A stretch of 64,000 nucleotides of DNA from Eledone cirrhosa (lineage: Eukaryota): assembly GCA_964016885.1 (NCBI GenBank), contig OZ024741.1:215946001-216010000 (forward strand), given 5' to 3'. The notes under the pieces were generated by a model. The model was not told the DNA's origin, made no database searches, and saw only the letters and a program-made list of their open reading frames with translations. The stretch's first letter is position 1. Every line of letters starts with the position of its first letter. Position numbers and translations under genes: made by a program. This document shows positions 31,367 to 49,309 of this stretch, in pieces.

Positions 31367-31459
31367 GTAGGAGGTGAGTTTTATTGTAGTACAATAAAGC
31401 AATGCAGATATCGGATACGGATAAGAAGCACTCTACAGTTTGTGGGACTGGAGTATGCA

Positions 31460-31785
31460 TAATATAAGATCAAAAGATGGTTAAAGGAGTTCAATATATT
31501 TTATTATGCGCATTTCAAAAACAAACATCATCAAACAATAATATTTGTGTTTTCATCAGATAAAACAGGAGAACATGATATGAAGGCTAAAAAAACACTT
31601 GTTGATAGTGCAGTTATGTTGATTTAAAACTGCACTATCAACAAGTGTTTTTTTAGCCTTCATATCATGTTCTCCTGTTTTATCTGATGAAAACACAAAT
31701 ATTATTGTTTGATGATGTTTGTTTTTGAAATGCGCATAATAAAATATATTGAACTCCTTTAACCATCTTTTGATCTTATATTATA
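31460..31785. mobile_element. Near-perfect fold-back pLTR module with an HHR on both strands
   Basis: Arms ~31460-31615 and ~31628-31785; HHR at 31677-31745(+) and 31498-31566(-). Confidence 0.9.
31677..31745 (+). ncRNA. Hammerhead ribozyme
   Basis: GUUUUAU CUGAUGA AAACACAAAUAUUAUU..GAUGAUGUUUGUUUUU GAAA UGCGCA UA AUAAAAU. Confidence 0.85.
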
Positions 31786-31808
31786 TTTATATATATATAT
31801 ATATATAT

Positions 31809-32008
31809 ATATAAGTAGTAACACAATAGTTAGTTCACCGTACCGAGAACAATTGTTTCACCTCAAGCGGATGTTCAGCTCGGACTCTGCTTAAGGCGAA
31901 ACAATTGTTCTCGGTATAGTGAACTAACTGTTGTGTTACTACTTATACCAAACTCGTACCATGGACTGAGTGCTCTACCACTACGGATATGACCTTCCAG
32001 TGTGCTAC

Positions 32009-32010
<2 letters not shown>
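31809..32010. mobile_element. Short fold-back module turning inside a probable HHR stem II
   Basis: Arms ~31809-31870 and ~31888-31948, each with GAAACAATTGTT; GAGTGCT at 31968. Confidence 0.7.
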
Positions 32011-32079
<69 letters not shown>

Positions 32080-32237
32080 GGGGGGGGGGGGTGCGTTTGT
32101 AAAATAGGAGGCGCACTGGACAAAGTCAACGGAAAAAGTACGGAATGACAGACAGTCCCATCTCCTCAGTCAACCTCTGGAAATCACTACGGTTTCGGTT
32201 TATCAACGTTAATACCCTTCATATATATATATATATA

Positions 32238-32426
<189 letters not shown>

Positions 32427-33167
32427 GGCGTGTATGTGTGCAAGTATTAAGTTTCGTGTCGTGCGATTTTTTCAATATATTCCACTGGTTCAATAAATAG
32501 GCCTCAAATTATCTTATACATATATTAATCTATATAAAATCGAAACACTCATGTACGATCATATATCATGATCCGACATGAATATCTGATTACTTCTTTG
32601 AAGAAGAGGCCTAGAGAACCATCGTAGTTGAAGAAACCATTTAAAATATTTATTCTATCATACATTGATTCAATCCAGAGAACACACTGCTGTTGAAGTT
32701 ATGTGCAAGTGGCTGAGTATTCCACAGACTCTGGGTTATTAACGTTTTCTCAAGGAGATTCAGCGTGACACAGTTTATGACAAGGCTGACCCCTAGAATT
32801 ATAGGCACAACTCTCATATCATGCCCGCTGTGTAGACTGGAATGGCACTAGATATTCATCTCTTGCTCAAAGACACAACGCGCTGCACGGTACGTGAATT
32901 GAAATCACTTGGCAAAGAGAGCGACTGTTTTATCTCGTCTTTTGCTGCATTAACCGATTCCTGAGGAACGGACAGAGACTGCCAGATAAATAAAGTACTC
33001 AATACATAAAGCCGGAGGAATGCATGATCTCAGATGGAAATTACTTCTACAGTATTAGAATCGTTTCGTTCGTTGGGAATCACCAAGTAATCCATGGGGA
33101 TTTCAAATCTATGAGAAATTTCCTTCCAGGAGTAGTCATTTCTAACGAAAATAAATATCTATATATT

Positions 33168-33199
<32 letters not shown>

Positions 33200-33203
<4 letters not shown>

Positions 33204-33405
33204 TTTATCCCTGGTTCAACCGGGGGTAACCACAGTAAGTAAGGTACTCAATACATAGCAGAGTATAAATATTTAATATAGAAAGGCTTCTACAGGACTA
33301 GAATTGTTTCATTCGGTAGAAATCATTAGAAGCCAATAGTTTCCTGATGATTTCTACCGAATGAAACAGTTCTAGTCCTGTAGAAGCCTTTCTATATTAA
33401 ATATA
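33200..33405. mobile_element. Short fold-back module with an HHR-like core
   Basis: Arms ~33268-33328 and ~33344-33404; CUGAUGA UUUC UACC GAAU GAAA CAGUUC; stem I not evident; a relative lies at ~32990-33085. Confidence 0.65.
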
Positions 33406-33418
33406 TATATATATATAT

Positions 33419-33523
<105 letters not shown>

Positions 33524-33754
33524 TATATATATATAGGTGTGTGTATGTATATGTATATGTGTGTGTGTGTATATATTTGTGTGTGCGTGAGTGTCCGTGT
33601 CCGTGAGTGTGTGCGTGCGTTTGCGTATGTGTAGTGGTGTGTCTGCATGCATGCATGTATGTATGTATGTATGTATGTAGTGTGTTTGTGTGTCTGTATA
33701 TTCGTGTCGAGTAAAATGTCTATAGTTAGTCTAAATAATCAATATTATGGTTCT

Positions 33755-34340
33755 TTGGTATGGTGGTGGTGGTAGTGGTGGTGCTGGTGATAGTGGTGGT
33801 GGTGGTGGTGGTGTGTAGGTGGAATTGAATTGATGGGGGCGAGTTGGAATGTTGGTAGTGGTGGTGGGGTAGTTGGTGTGGGGAAGACTTGGTGTTGTGG
33901 CGGAATTGGGTTGGTGGGGGAAAATTGATGTGTTTGTGGGGAAGTCGGTGTGGGTGGAAGACTAGGTGTGATGTTGGTGGTGGTGGTGCTTGTTGTGGTA
34001 GTGGTGGTGGTTGTGGTGGTGGTGGTTGTAGTGATGGTGGTTGTGGTGGTGGTGGTTGTGGTGTGGTGGTTGTGGTGGTTGTGTTGGTGGTGGTTGTAGT
34101 GATGGTGGTTGTGGTGGTGGTGGTTATAGTGATGGTGGTTGTGGTGGTGATGGTTGTGCTGGTGGTGGTTGTTGTGGTGGTGTGTTGGTGGTTGTGATGT
34201 GAGGAGAGATTTACTGTGGTGGTGGTACAGAAGAATATTGGTGGAGGAAAATTGGTGCGTTGGTGGGGGCGGGAGAGTTAGTGCGGGTGTGATGGGGGTG
34301 AAAAATTTGATTGTGGGGTGTGGTGGTGACATGGTGGTGT
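33755..34340. repeat. (GGT)n-derived low-complexity block
   Basis: Direct reading. Confidence 0.9.
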
Positions 34341-34685
34341 AGTGCGGTATGGACCTTATCTAAAGAGAGGGAGAGTTGTACTGCTGATAGTAGTGGTGGT
34401 GGGAGGATTAGTTGGCAGCAGTCATGTAAATACTGTAAATGGCCATTCTCACTTTGAACTGAGATGTTCTCACATAGAATTAGGATTTCTCTGGTTGGCA
34501 ACAATCGTATGGATGGTGTAAACGCTAACACGTCTTGACACACGCTATGGTCATGTTATGTAGAAAATCTGATTTTTTTTTTTGCACAATTTTCGCAGCT
34601 CTAGAAGAAAGAAAGAAGAGAGACAAAGAGAGAAAGCTGGTGATATATAGAGAGGTACGTAAGGTTATCAGAACCGGTGATATAT

Positions 34686-34716
<31 letters not shown>

Positions 34717-34758
34717 TTTCAGAGTACCGATTCTAATATATATATATATATATGTATG

Positions 34759-34840
<82 letters not shown>

Positions 34841-35016
34841 GAAAAGTGAATAAAAAATTTCCAGGATTTAATTCAAATTAAATTTAATCATGTTATTAAT
34901 TGACGAATGTTTCCATCAACATAACAGGAATATCATATATATATATATGTATACACACATATATGCATATATATATATATATATACATAGATACATATAT
35001 ATATATATATAGATAG

Positions 35017-35133
<117 letters not shown>

Positions 35134-35751
35134 AAGAGAGACAAAGACGGGCTGACATGCCTACATAGTTATCCCTAGATACGCTCGTGAGTGTTGTACA
35201 AATATAGTCGAACATACAAATACATCATCTCCTTCTTCCTTCCATGTTAACATTAACTTGCAACTGGATGCTAGTTTCCTTAAAAACCTCTCGAAATCTC
35301 ACAATATCATTTTTAGTGACTAGAAGAAAATCAAAATATATACGTATCTCTACTACCAGTTGACATAATATAGCGAACATTTTAAAATAGATAATTGAAA
35401 TACAATGGCTAAGGTAAATAAGCCTAGTTTCAAATAACATAAATACTGAAAAATTTATCACCCCCGCCATATCCTCTCAGGACCACATTGCTTATTTTAA
35501 TTAATCCTCCAGTTCAAATTTTGCTCGGGTCTCCCTATCATCATCCTTCCGTGGTTGACAAAATAAACTACCAGTTATTTTCAAACGCATATTCTAAACA
35601 CATCTCTGAAACCTTTATTGTCTTTTTTACTCTATGGATTCCATTAAATATCTATATAACATCCTTCCATACCAGCTTCGTTTATTCTATCATTTGTCAG
35701 AAACTACTTTTAATATTATTTATTTTCATATTTCTCCCTACAAACAACTAA

Positions 35752-35812
<61 letters not shown>

Positions 35813-35816
<4 letters not shown>

Positions 35817-37397
35817 TTCAAAATATTAACAAAATAGATATTCTTGTGATCAATTATATTTTATTATACATATTTCAGAGGTACTGAGTTAAGTTTAACA
35901 GTACGTCCTCATAAGATAAAATAGAATGATGCATGACATACCCTGACATAGTAGATGGTTAAGATTCAGTCATGGTAGTGATTAACATATGACAAAACTC
36001 AATATTTATATTGAGAACATGAGATAACATAATACAAACAATAGAGAGGGTGCGTGTAATACAGCTTAAAAAATACATGGCATCAATATAACAGTTAAAA
36101 AACTACTGAAGAAAGAGGAGGGAAAGGAAAGCATAGAGGAAGAAACAGCTGATGTGATAATATATTTAATAGGTGGCTCGAAAAAACAAATGAAAGATGA
36201 TTAAAGAGAGAGAGAGACAAAGGGGAGTAATTTATGTTCAAGTTTATATACAATTTTCCATATACCCAAATTAATATAGTTGGCCGTTTCGCAAACAATT
36301 CATTATCTTTTATTTGTATATTTACTTTGTATCTAGCCCCTATCATTAGGACTCATGTAGTTTTGACTTATATGTTTATAGTGTATATCAACTAAATGAA
36401 AATAATTGATATAAAACATTAATTTTTTAACAATATTTTTTAACAATGTTTTTTAACTATATATATTTTGTGAACAATATTTTCAGTAACTTATTTACTA
36501 TATTGTATTATTGTATTATATTATATATATTTGAAAGGTTTTACCTCAATTATAAACAAATAATAAACTATAATCCTTGTATATTTTTTGATCAACACAT
36601 ATATATAATTAAAAATTCAGACATCTTTAAGTTTAAGACCGGTTGATCCTTTAGGCACTCAAACTATTTAACAATAAATTCTTTAAATTTGTTTTCATAA
36701 AATTTGAATTTTAAAAATTAAACATAATTATAATATTAATACAAATACCTATTAACTTTTAAAAGCTAAAATATTATTCATTACTCTGAAATAACTTAGA
36801 TTAAATATTTTGAATATTAACGGCCAACTATATTAATTTGGGTATATGGAAAATTGTATGTAAACTTGAACATAAATTACTCCCCTTTCTCTCTCTCTTT
36901 AATCATCTTTCATTTGTTTTTTCAAGCCACCTACTAAATATATTATCACATCAGCTGTTTCTTCCTCTATGCTTTCCTTTCCCTCCTCTTTCTTCAGTAG
37001 TTTTTTTTTTAAATGTTAACTGTTATATTGATGCCATGCATTTTTTAAGCTGTATTACACGCACCCTCTCTATTGTTTGTATTATGTTATCTCATGTTCT
37101 CAATATTAGGGTATAAATATTGAGTTTTGTCATATGTTAATCACTATCATGACTGAATCTTAACCATCTACTATGTATGTCATACATCATCCTATTTTAT
37201 CTGATGAGGACGTACTGTTAAACTTAACTCAGTACCTCTGAAATATGTATAATAAAATATAATTGATCACAAGAATATCTGTTTTGTTAATATTTTGAAT
37301 TAATATTAATAACTCTGGAAAACCTTTTACTGTTGAGGGCTTCCAATCTATTGTAAAACTCATTCTTTGATGTATTCATTGAACCTTGTTTAGCTTT

Positions 37398-37400
<3 letters not shown>
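35813..37400. mobile_element. Large fold-back pLTR module (family F) with ~480-bp arms
   Basis: Arms ~35813-36288 and ~36819-37304; homologous to the pLTR at 51697-52100. Confidence 0.88.
37193..37259 (+). ncRNA. Hammerhead ribozyme
   Basis: UAUUUUAU CUGAUGA GGACGUACUG..CAGUACCUCU GAAA UAUGUA UA AUAAAAUA; the opposite-arm copy has a mutated core CUUAUGA. Confidence 0.85.
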
Positions 37401-37444
<44 letters not shown>

Positions 37445-37447
<3 letters not shown>

Positions 37448-37870
37448 TTACTTCAAAATATTAATAAATATAGACATTCATGTGATCAAATATATTTTAT
37501 TATACATATTTCAGAGATACTGAGATATTTCAACAGTACGTCCTCATCAGATAAAATAAGTTGATGCTTGACATACCTTGACTATGTTGATGGTTATAAT
37601 TTAGTCATGGCATGACTAAATTATAACGATCAACAAAGTCAAGGTATGTCAAGCATCAACTTATTTTATCTGATGAGGACGTACTGTTGAAATATCTCAG
37701 TATCTCTGAAATATGTATAATAAAATATATTTGATCACATGAATGTCTATATTTATTAATATTTTGAAGTAATATTAATAACTCCAGAAAACCACTTGTA
37801 GAGTGCTTATAATCTATTGTGAAACTTTATTCATTGATGAATTCATTGAACCTTGTTAAACTTTTAATTA
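37445..37870. mobile_element. Second family F-related fold-back module with an HHR on both arms
   Basis: Arms ~37445-37583 and ~37637-37777; HHR at 37662-37727(+) and ~37493-37559(-). Confidence 0.85.
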
Positions 37871-38158
37871 TATATACATATATATATATATATATATGGT
37901 TTCTTATATACATGTATATATATGGTTTCTTATATAGGCACAAGGCTAGCAATTTTGGGGGAGGGTAAAGTCGATTAAATCGACTTTATTTTATTGACCC
38001 CGTAGGGATGAAAGGCAAAGTTAACCTCAGCGGGATTTGAACTCAGATCATAAAGAGCCGTAACTCTATGATGCGAAGGAAGTGTTTCAAGGAGTGTTCT
38101 GAGCAAAAGAAATTTCAAATTTTCAATGACCTAGTGACAACATTAGGTGATTTAGCGA

Positions 38159-38891
38159 TCTCTCTCTATAATTCTTAGTCTTTCTCTTTTTAGATTGATA
38201 TATGTAACGTCGCGCCCTTATAATATCTGTCTGTATGTCTGGCTGTCTGCATACGTCACTTCCCTGAGGATGTGTGTGTGTGTGTGTGTGTGTGTCTGTA
38301 AGTTTGAATCCCTAAAACTCGAGAAGTACCCAACTGATTCTTTTCAAATTTTACATGTGTATTACTTATGTTTCAGGGAGTGTTATGCACATAAAAGAAT
38401 TCAACATTTCGATCTCCTAGGCCCCGCAGTAGCTGAAAAACTGCGTTGTTTAAGCTTTTTAGGGGTTTTTGAGGCGTTACGTTAGACCGATTTCCTTGAA
38501 ATTGTAACTATGTATTAGTCAGTCTCTTCTTCATACCGTGAGCAAAGAAAATCCAACTTTTTTATGGTCTAGGGCCCGCATTAGGTGAAACACTTCATTT
38601 TTTCAGCTTTTTAGGGCTTTTTGGAGGCGTTACGTCTAGCGGATTTTCCCGAAATTTCAAGGTATATTATGCACATAAAAAAAATTCATTTTTTTTTATC
38701 CCCTAGGGCCCGCATTAGGTGAAAACTGAAAGATTTTCCTGCTTCATCGAGGAAAATCTTAAGGATTATCCAGCCATCAGAGTATTCGGTTTATTTTCTT
38801 TACATATTGTCCAGGCATGCAGTTTTTCCACGATTTGGCGGCCCGCGTTCCAAAATACCTTATACCGTGCAACGCCGGGTACCAGCGCTAG
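38159..38891 (+). mobile_element. Putative non-autonomous Helitron
   Basis: Possible 5' TC start; internal (CTGT)/(TG) microsatellite; three diverged internal repeats containing CTAGGGCCCGCATTAGGTGAAA-like sequence; 3' GC-rich CCGTGCAACGCCGGG then CTAG before T. Confidence 0.6.
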
Positions 38892-38946
38892 TATATTATA
38901 TACATACGTATATATAATTGGATGAGTATAAAGAAAATGTCTAAGC

Positions 38947-39163
38947 ACAGAGACGCTGCAAAGATATCTCATAAAATAGGGTGAACAACCATAACAGTTA
39001 CAAAAAAGAATTTGCCAACGACTGCTATAAGGAATTGAACCTCATATTTACCAGATATCTTCTAGCCACTATCAGGAAAATAGGGGGCTGAATTCCTCAT
39101 AGCTGTCGTTGGTAAAAGTTGTTCACCATATTTTATAAGCTATCTTTGCAGCATTTCTGCACT
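38947..39163. repeat. Diverged inverted repeat (MITE-like or old fold-back)
   Basis: Arms ~38947-39058 and ~39070-39163. Confidence 0.65.
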
Positions 39164-39164
39164 G

Positions 39165-39582
39165 ACGGTGGTGATGGTGATGGTGGCGGTGGTGATGGTG
39201 GTGGTGGTGGTGGTGGTAATGGCAGTGGTGGTGGTGGTGGTGGTGCTGGTGCTGGTGGTGATGGTGGTGGTGATGGTGATGGTGATGTTGGTGGTGGTGG
39301 TGGTGGTGGTAGTGGTGGTAGTGGTGGTGGTGACGGTGGTGGTGGTGGTGGTGGTGATGGTAGTAGTGATGGTGATGGTGTGGTGGTGGTGGTGTTGTTG
39401 GAGGTGGTGGTGATTATAGTGGTGGTGATGGTGATTATGGTGGTGGTGATGGTGGTAGTAGTGGTGGTGTTGGCGATGGTGGTGGTGGTGATGGAAGTGG
39501 TGGTGGTGGTGGTGGTGGTGGTGGTGATGATGATGGTGGTGGTATGGTGGTGTTGGTGGTGCTGGTGGTGGTGGTGGTGATA
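39165..39582. repeat. (GGT)n-derived repeat
   Basis: Direct reading. Confidence 0.95.
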
Positions 39583-39721
39583 TTGCTTACTTCCTGTCGT
39601 GAAATGTGTCCAACATTTCTTAATTTTCGTTTTAATGGAACACCAAGCGACAAATTAAATTATGCGTTTCATTTCATGCAAAAAAATCTTTCTCTCCTGT
39701 CTTTCTCTCTCTCTCACACTC

Positions 39722-39823
<102 letters not shown>

Positions 39824-40189
39824 TATGTATATATATATATGTGTGTGTGTTTGTGTCAGTCTCAGTGTGAAACAGAGAGAGAAAGAGAGTATGTGAGTGT
39901 ATATGTGTATATATATATGTGGGTGTGTGTCTATGTGTATCATAGCTTAAACGAAGACATGACGCATAATAAATAAATAAGAAAAATAGAGGAAAAAAAG
40001 AGAAACTTTCTTTTTTAAATCAAGAGTAAAACAAGTAAACTACATTTTCTTTTTCTGTAACAAATAAACATTTTAATTAACACCAAAGAAATACGTATAG
40101 GTAAGTAAATACATAAATGACTTCAACTTTAAAGGTGTCCAGTACTGCCGACATCTTTAACATAGAGATAATAACAATAACAACTCTTT

Positions 40190-40690
40190 ATAATGATAAT
40201 GATAATAATAATAATAACAACAGCAAGAATCAGAAGGAGGAGGAGGAGGAGGAGAAGAAGAAGAAGAAGAAGAAGAAGAAGAAGAAGAAGAAGAAGGAGG
40301 AGGAGGAGTATGGGGGAGGGGGAGAGGAAGAGGCAGATAAGAAGAAGAAGAATAATAATAATAAGAAGAAGAAGAAGAAGAAGGAGGAGGGGGAATGGGA
40401 GGACTAGAAGAAGAAGAAGAAGAAGAAGAAGAAGAAGAAGAAGAAGAAGAAGAAGAAGAAGAAGAAGAAGAAGAAGAAGAAGAAGAAGAAGAAGGAGGAG
40501 TATGGGGGAGGGGGAGAGGAAGAGGCAGATTAGAAGAAGAAGAAGAAGAAGAAGAAGAAGAAGAAGAAGAAGAAGAAAGTCGATGACAGCAACATCAACA
40601 AATGATTTTAACAAGGACATCTCGTAGAACAGGAATAACAACAACAACAATAATAACGATAATAACAACTAGAGCGACAACAACAACTAC
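40190..40690. repeat. (AAG)n/(GGA)n/(AAT)n compound repeat with internal duplication of GAGTATGGGGGAGGGGGAGAGGAAGAGGCAGAT
   Basis: Direct reading. Confidence 0.9.
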
Positions 40691-40856
40691 AACACATTAT
40701 ACTCATCACGTCGACATTTTAAGAGTAGAAATTAAAGTGCAAAAATAAAGAAAACCACAGAAATTCCTAAAACAGTTTACAAACATATATACGTATACAC
40801 AGAAAAACACACACACACACTCTCTCTCTCTCAAACACACACACACGCACAGACAC

Positions 40857-40921
<65 letters not shown>

Positions 40922-41269
40922 AGATGTCCACATGAATGGACCTGTTATTTTTATCTAAAGAATGTTTCCAATTCCACCCCGCCCGTCCCTTCAATCTATC
41001 TTATTTCTCATTCTTTCTTCTGAAACGTTAGGACCCTCTTCCTGCTATTTCAAGCGTTAATCTAATATATTCCTGTATACACTGTACCGATCGTGTTGTT
41101 ATTTCTGTTTACGTTCTACATATATATATATATATGTGTATATATATATATATATAAACACAAATTCGCCACCTCAACTTTACCTTTGAAAATCATAAGA
41201 ACTGTGGAACCGGTAATGGAAATAAATAAATATTTTTAAAAACTCCAGTTGCATTTTCAATTTTTTTTC

Positions 41270-41419
<150 letters not shown>

Positions 41420-41721
41420 GAGGGGGAGAAAGAGAGAGAGAGAGATAGGAGGGTATGCTGAAAAGTTCATAGGCAGAACTTGTAGGAATGATGCTAGAAT
41501 TCAATTCCTCTTATAAATAATTGCATTGATTTTTCCATGGAGTATGTTGAAAAATAAACCTCATTTGGTCATTCCATGAGAGTATCTTTGTCAGCTGAGT
41601 GGATTGTACGAACGTGAAATTAAGTGTCTTGCTCAAGGACATAAGGCACTGCCGGAAATCAAATGCAAGACCTTTGATTGTGAGCCGAATAACCTAACCA
41701 CACAATTTCACATACATAAAT

Positions 41722-44037
<2,316 letters not shown>

Positions 44038-44770
44038 CGAAGGAGTTGTGGTAAGGAACCAGATGGACCATAACGCACCAGAGTACTCAATACTTAGGGT
44101 AGTAGAGTGGGTAATAGGAACAAATTTAAACCCGACGGCAGAGCTCAAGCCGTTTCGACGGCTATTTCTGGACTCCAGAAATAGCCGTCGAATAGCCTTT
44201 TTATATATCCCACTACATAGCCCACACGCTCTCACAAATTCCCCCTCTCTTAGTAGAATACCAAATTATTTCCCACTCTTTATATTCCACTACATATCTA
44301 ACTCTCTTTCACTCTCTTCACTTCCTCTCTCTCACTAGAGCAACATATTCTCTCCCTCTCTTTATATTCCACTAAATACCTCATTCTCTCTCACTCACAA
44401 AATAACCTCTCTCTCACTAAACCTCCAAATTCTCGCCCCCTCTCTATATCTCACTACATGCCTCATTATCTCTCACTAAACCGACAAACTCTCTCCCACT
44501 CACTATATACCACTACATACCTCACTCTCTCGCAATTCCCTCTCTCACTCGACCTCCAATAAATCTTCTCATCTCTATATCCTACTACATAGCTCATTCT
44601 CTGTCACTCTCTTAATTTCCCCTCTCCAGCTTAGTCATCAGACGAATCAATTATTGTTTTATCTGCGAACGATCTGGATGTTTTCTTGCAAGAATTATCC
44701 GGTTTCTTGAAACCTTCGGTAATGAAATAATTATATTATGTTGTTTATTATGTAAATATATATACATACA

Positions 44771-44879
<109 letters not shown>

Positions 44880-45029
44880 GCCCAGAAATAGCCGTCGAAA
44901 CGGCTTGAGCTCTGCCGGGTCATACTTTTTCCTATTTCCCACTCTACTACCCTAAGTATTGAGTACTCTGGTGCGTTATGGTCCATCTGGTTCCTTACTA
45001 CAATTCCTTTGTTATATATATATATATAT

Positions 45030-45405
45030 AATATTAATATTAATAAATGGAAACTATCTTTATAAAACCATATTTATTTTATTATATATATTTCAAGGGT
45101 ACCAAAATGTTGGTACGCACTCATCAGATGAAATACAAAGGTTGTTTTACAGATACACATATCCAAAAACAAGAATTTATCGTTTTAAGTTCTGTTTGAA
45201 TAGTATTTTATCTAATGAGAGCGTGCCAAAATTTGGGTATGGTACCCGTGAAATATATATAATAAAATAAATCTGGTTTTATAAAGATAGTTTCTATTTA
45301 TTAATATTAATATTATTGATATTATACTCCAGAAGAACACTGTAGAGTGCTTCGAATCTGTTATAAATAAATTTATTGAAAACCAGCAAATTAAATAACT
45401 CTTTG

Positions 45406-45410
<5 letters not shown>
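45030..45410. mobile_element. Fold-back pLTR module related to the 2627-3133 pLTR
   Basis: Arms ~45030-45136 and ~45203-45315; HHR at 45075-45135(-); plus copy has the mutated core CUAAUGA. Confidence 0.82.
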
Positions 45411-45454
<44 letters not shown>

Positions 45455-45458
<4 letters not shown>

Positions 45459-45670
45459 TCATCCTTTTACGCCCGGTATGTCCATTTCAGCACAGCATCT
45501 CTCCATTCGTCACGGTCCTTCGTCATCTCCTCCGTGAGCTTCAGCAATCTGAAGTCAGCTCTCACCACCTCCGCCCACGATTTTCGGGGCCTTCCTCTGC
45601 TTCGTCATCCTTCCAGTGGGATTTCTTCTCACATCTTTACCCAGCGGTCAACCTCTATGCGCATCACATA
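45455..45670 (-). mobile_element. RTE-clade LINE 3' fragment
   Basis: Minus strand encodes RSRGRPRKSWAEVVRADFRLLKLTEEMTKDRDEWRDAV followed by a (GAT)n tail. Confidence 0.8.
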
Positions 45671-46483
45671 TATATAAACATATATATGAATCCAAACCAA
45701 GCAGTAAAGTGATAGCTCACATAACAGCAATGCGTTCAATAGTGTTTACTACAAAATACTCGAAGGAAACTCGCAACAAAAATAAACTCATCCGAAGCTA
45801 TGGAGAGCATTCATGAACTTAGGAAACATTCTGCTGGAGTTGGAATTGGAACCCATCATGAAATATCAAACAAAACTTTAAAATATAAAATTAGAAGAGA
45901 GTTATGTTTATAATATAAAAAAATATATATAAGCAACAATATAACTATAAATTCGTAGCTAAGTCAATTACAGCACGCATAATTAAAGTAATTAAATTTA
46001 AATCAATTATAAAATTAATAGCGCTGCTTTAATCTCTAAAAATGAAATATAAAAATCGATATATTGTTATTAAACACTTATTGGATCTCCGTCCGTATCG
46101 AGGAAGGATATTCCAGAAAGATATCTGACTGTTGTGGAAATTAACGTACAAGTAGTTCAGCATTAGACAGAAATATGTAAACTCCATAACGGATATCTGA
46201 GGAATATTCTGTGAGACACAGTGTGTGGTGACACAGCTAGGCCTATGAATTACTGGTACTACTCATTACTCTGAAGCTCAATGAATTTGAGCAACGACAA
46301 GTACATTGGCTTTAAAAAGGCCACAACCCTCCGCGGGGAATCGAACATATCACTTTAACATTGTGACTGTAAGTGCTAAACCTCAGGGTTATACTATATG
46401 TATAATATGATATATATATATATGTGTGTGTGTGTGTCTGTGTGTGAGTGCGTGTGTACGTAATATACACACACACACATATA

Positions 46484-46517
<34 letters not shown>

Positions 46518-46699
46518 ACGAAGGAAATGTGGTAAGGAACCAGGTGGACCATAACGCACCAAAGTACTCAATACTTAGGGTAGTAGAGTGGGTAATAGGA
46601 ACCAGTAAGACCCCGACGGCTGAGCTCAAGCCGTTTCGACGGTTAATTCTAATTAGCCGTCGAAACGGCTTGAGCTCAGCCGTCGGAGTTTTACTGGTT

Positions 46700-46767
<68 letters not shown>

Positions 46768-47058
46768 GTATACACGTATATATATATATTTATTTATTTA
46801 TTTATTTACACATATCTTGGTGAAACTCCTATTACCTGTAGTATGTTTAACTAAAGTTAAATAAATATTTGCAATGCTGCAATTCGTTGCACTAGGAATT
46901 GTGCGTTGGTCTTGTTGGTGGTCGTGGTGGTGATGGTAGCAGTGGTGGTGATGGTGGTGATGGTGGTGGTGGTGGTGATACAGTTTCATAGGAAATAACT
47001 TTTATAATTTAACTTTTAGTAAATACGAAGTTTATGTATCTATGTATGTATATACGTT

Positions 47059-47089
<31 letters not shown>

Positions 47090-47223
47090 AGCGTCTATAT
47101 GTAGGTGTATATATATATGTATATATATACGTATATATATATATTATATATATATATATATGTATATGTATATACTTATATATATATATATGTATATGCA
47201 TATATATATATATTATATATATA

Positions 47224-47318
<95 letters not shown>

Positions 47319-47986
47319 GTAATACGCACACACACAAATATACTGCTACATATATATATGCGCGTGTGTATCTGCACGTGTGTATGTGAGGGAATATGGT
47401 AAAGCCTTGAGGGGTATTTTGTTCAATAAGTACTTCTAACGTCCTATCGTTCATTTCTTCTTATTTTGCTTTAATTTTAATCTTATAAATTCCTTTCAAT
47501 GCCGAAGACATTCTTCAGACTGTTTCCGGTAATTCTGTTGGTCTTTGATTTCACCTTAACTGACATCTCAGGTAAAAGCATCAACGATGAAAAATCCCAA
47601 CTTTCTTTCTATCAAGGAAGAAAATCTTTCTAGTTATTTAATCTTTGATAACTTGTAGATTCTCTGCCTAGAAGATATAAGATGTATAAGACTTTCGAAC
47701 TTTTGTTACTTGTGCCTCCCTTGACTCTTTATCTTAATATCTTATCAAAAGTACTTTTGAAATGGCAACATTAGTTTATAGTTTTCAATTTATGTCAACT
47801 GAAGACACACAGGCAGATCTATCAAAGCGCAACACACACACTCACCCACGCACACACCACAAGCACAAACTCGTGTTTATATATATACTACTTCAGTAGA
47901 ATTTCGTCGACGGAAATTATATTATATCTATATGATGCATTATATAGTTTGGGTTTCATCTAGTCATATATGTAGTTTAGTATTTG

Positions 47987-48113
<127 letters not shown>

Positions 48114-49172
48114 CTGTGTGCGTGTGTGTTTGTTTTTATGTGTGTGTGCGTATGTAAATTAAAAACACACTAATACTATATTGACCAAAATGTTCTAACG
48201 AATGAACAACTCCTACAAGGCAATAAGCGCAACTCGCCCCATTTCGTGAAATACACTCTAGTAAACTGGAAAACCCATCCTGAGAGAGGCCCCCCCAAAA
48301 ACTCCACGTGTGTTTATGATTTTGATAAGATATGTAAATGGGTTTAGGACCTCAATATGCAGTTGAATGCAGTTGAATACAATCCCTCCGCTATGAAGCC
48401 TCTAACAGTCGTCCACTGCAGCAAAGTCACTCTTGACCAAGAGGGATTGGAACCCAAATTAGGGCTAGTCGTGTTTAATTTGGAATCAGGGATTTCAATT
48501 CCTGAGACAACTTCAGACACAGGCGCCCATTATGTAATTCTCAGGGAGATTCAACGTGATACATTATACGACATGGGGGTTATTGCAGTTCCATTTATAG
48601 TTCCCTCGACAGGCTTCCAAACAGCTTCCGTCTACCCAATTTTCCCCAGACTGTCTGGGTTGACTCGAGACTCTGGTAAATGACACTTTCCTAATGTGTT
48701 GTCAACAAGCAGTGGGATTGAATCTAGGACCTAACGATTCCAAATCGAACTCCTTGACAATTCTACCACCCTGTGTCCATTCATAAATGTTTCAGTCGGA
48801 GATGTTGACATCTCAGTCACTAACTCACTCGATTGTTTGTGATATGTGATTTCTATTGCTTAAAGAATGTTTGAAAATTATAATAGACCCAATAAAATAA
48901 CTAGAGTAAAAACAGATTAATTAATTAATTTTTTTGTACGGCAGCTATCAATATTATTAAGATGTAAAAGCTAAATAAAGAAGAAGATTGAAATAAACAG
49001 GAATAGAAAAAATTTATTCGAATAAAGTTTGTAATGAACGCTCACAGTGAGATTTCAGTGATGGAGGGCGGATGTGAAATTATTAATGACAAAACATGTT
49101 ACTGTTGTTATGTTGTTAAGAACAAATTTGATTGAAATCACGTCAGTAAAATATAAAGGATTGAAAGAAATA

Positions 49173-49309
<137 letters not shown>

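Noticed and set aside
47400-47800. Possible decayed LINE fragment on the minus strand
   Set aside because: Too degenerate to assign by eye
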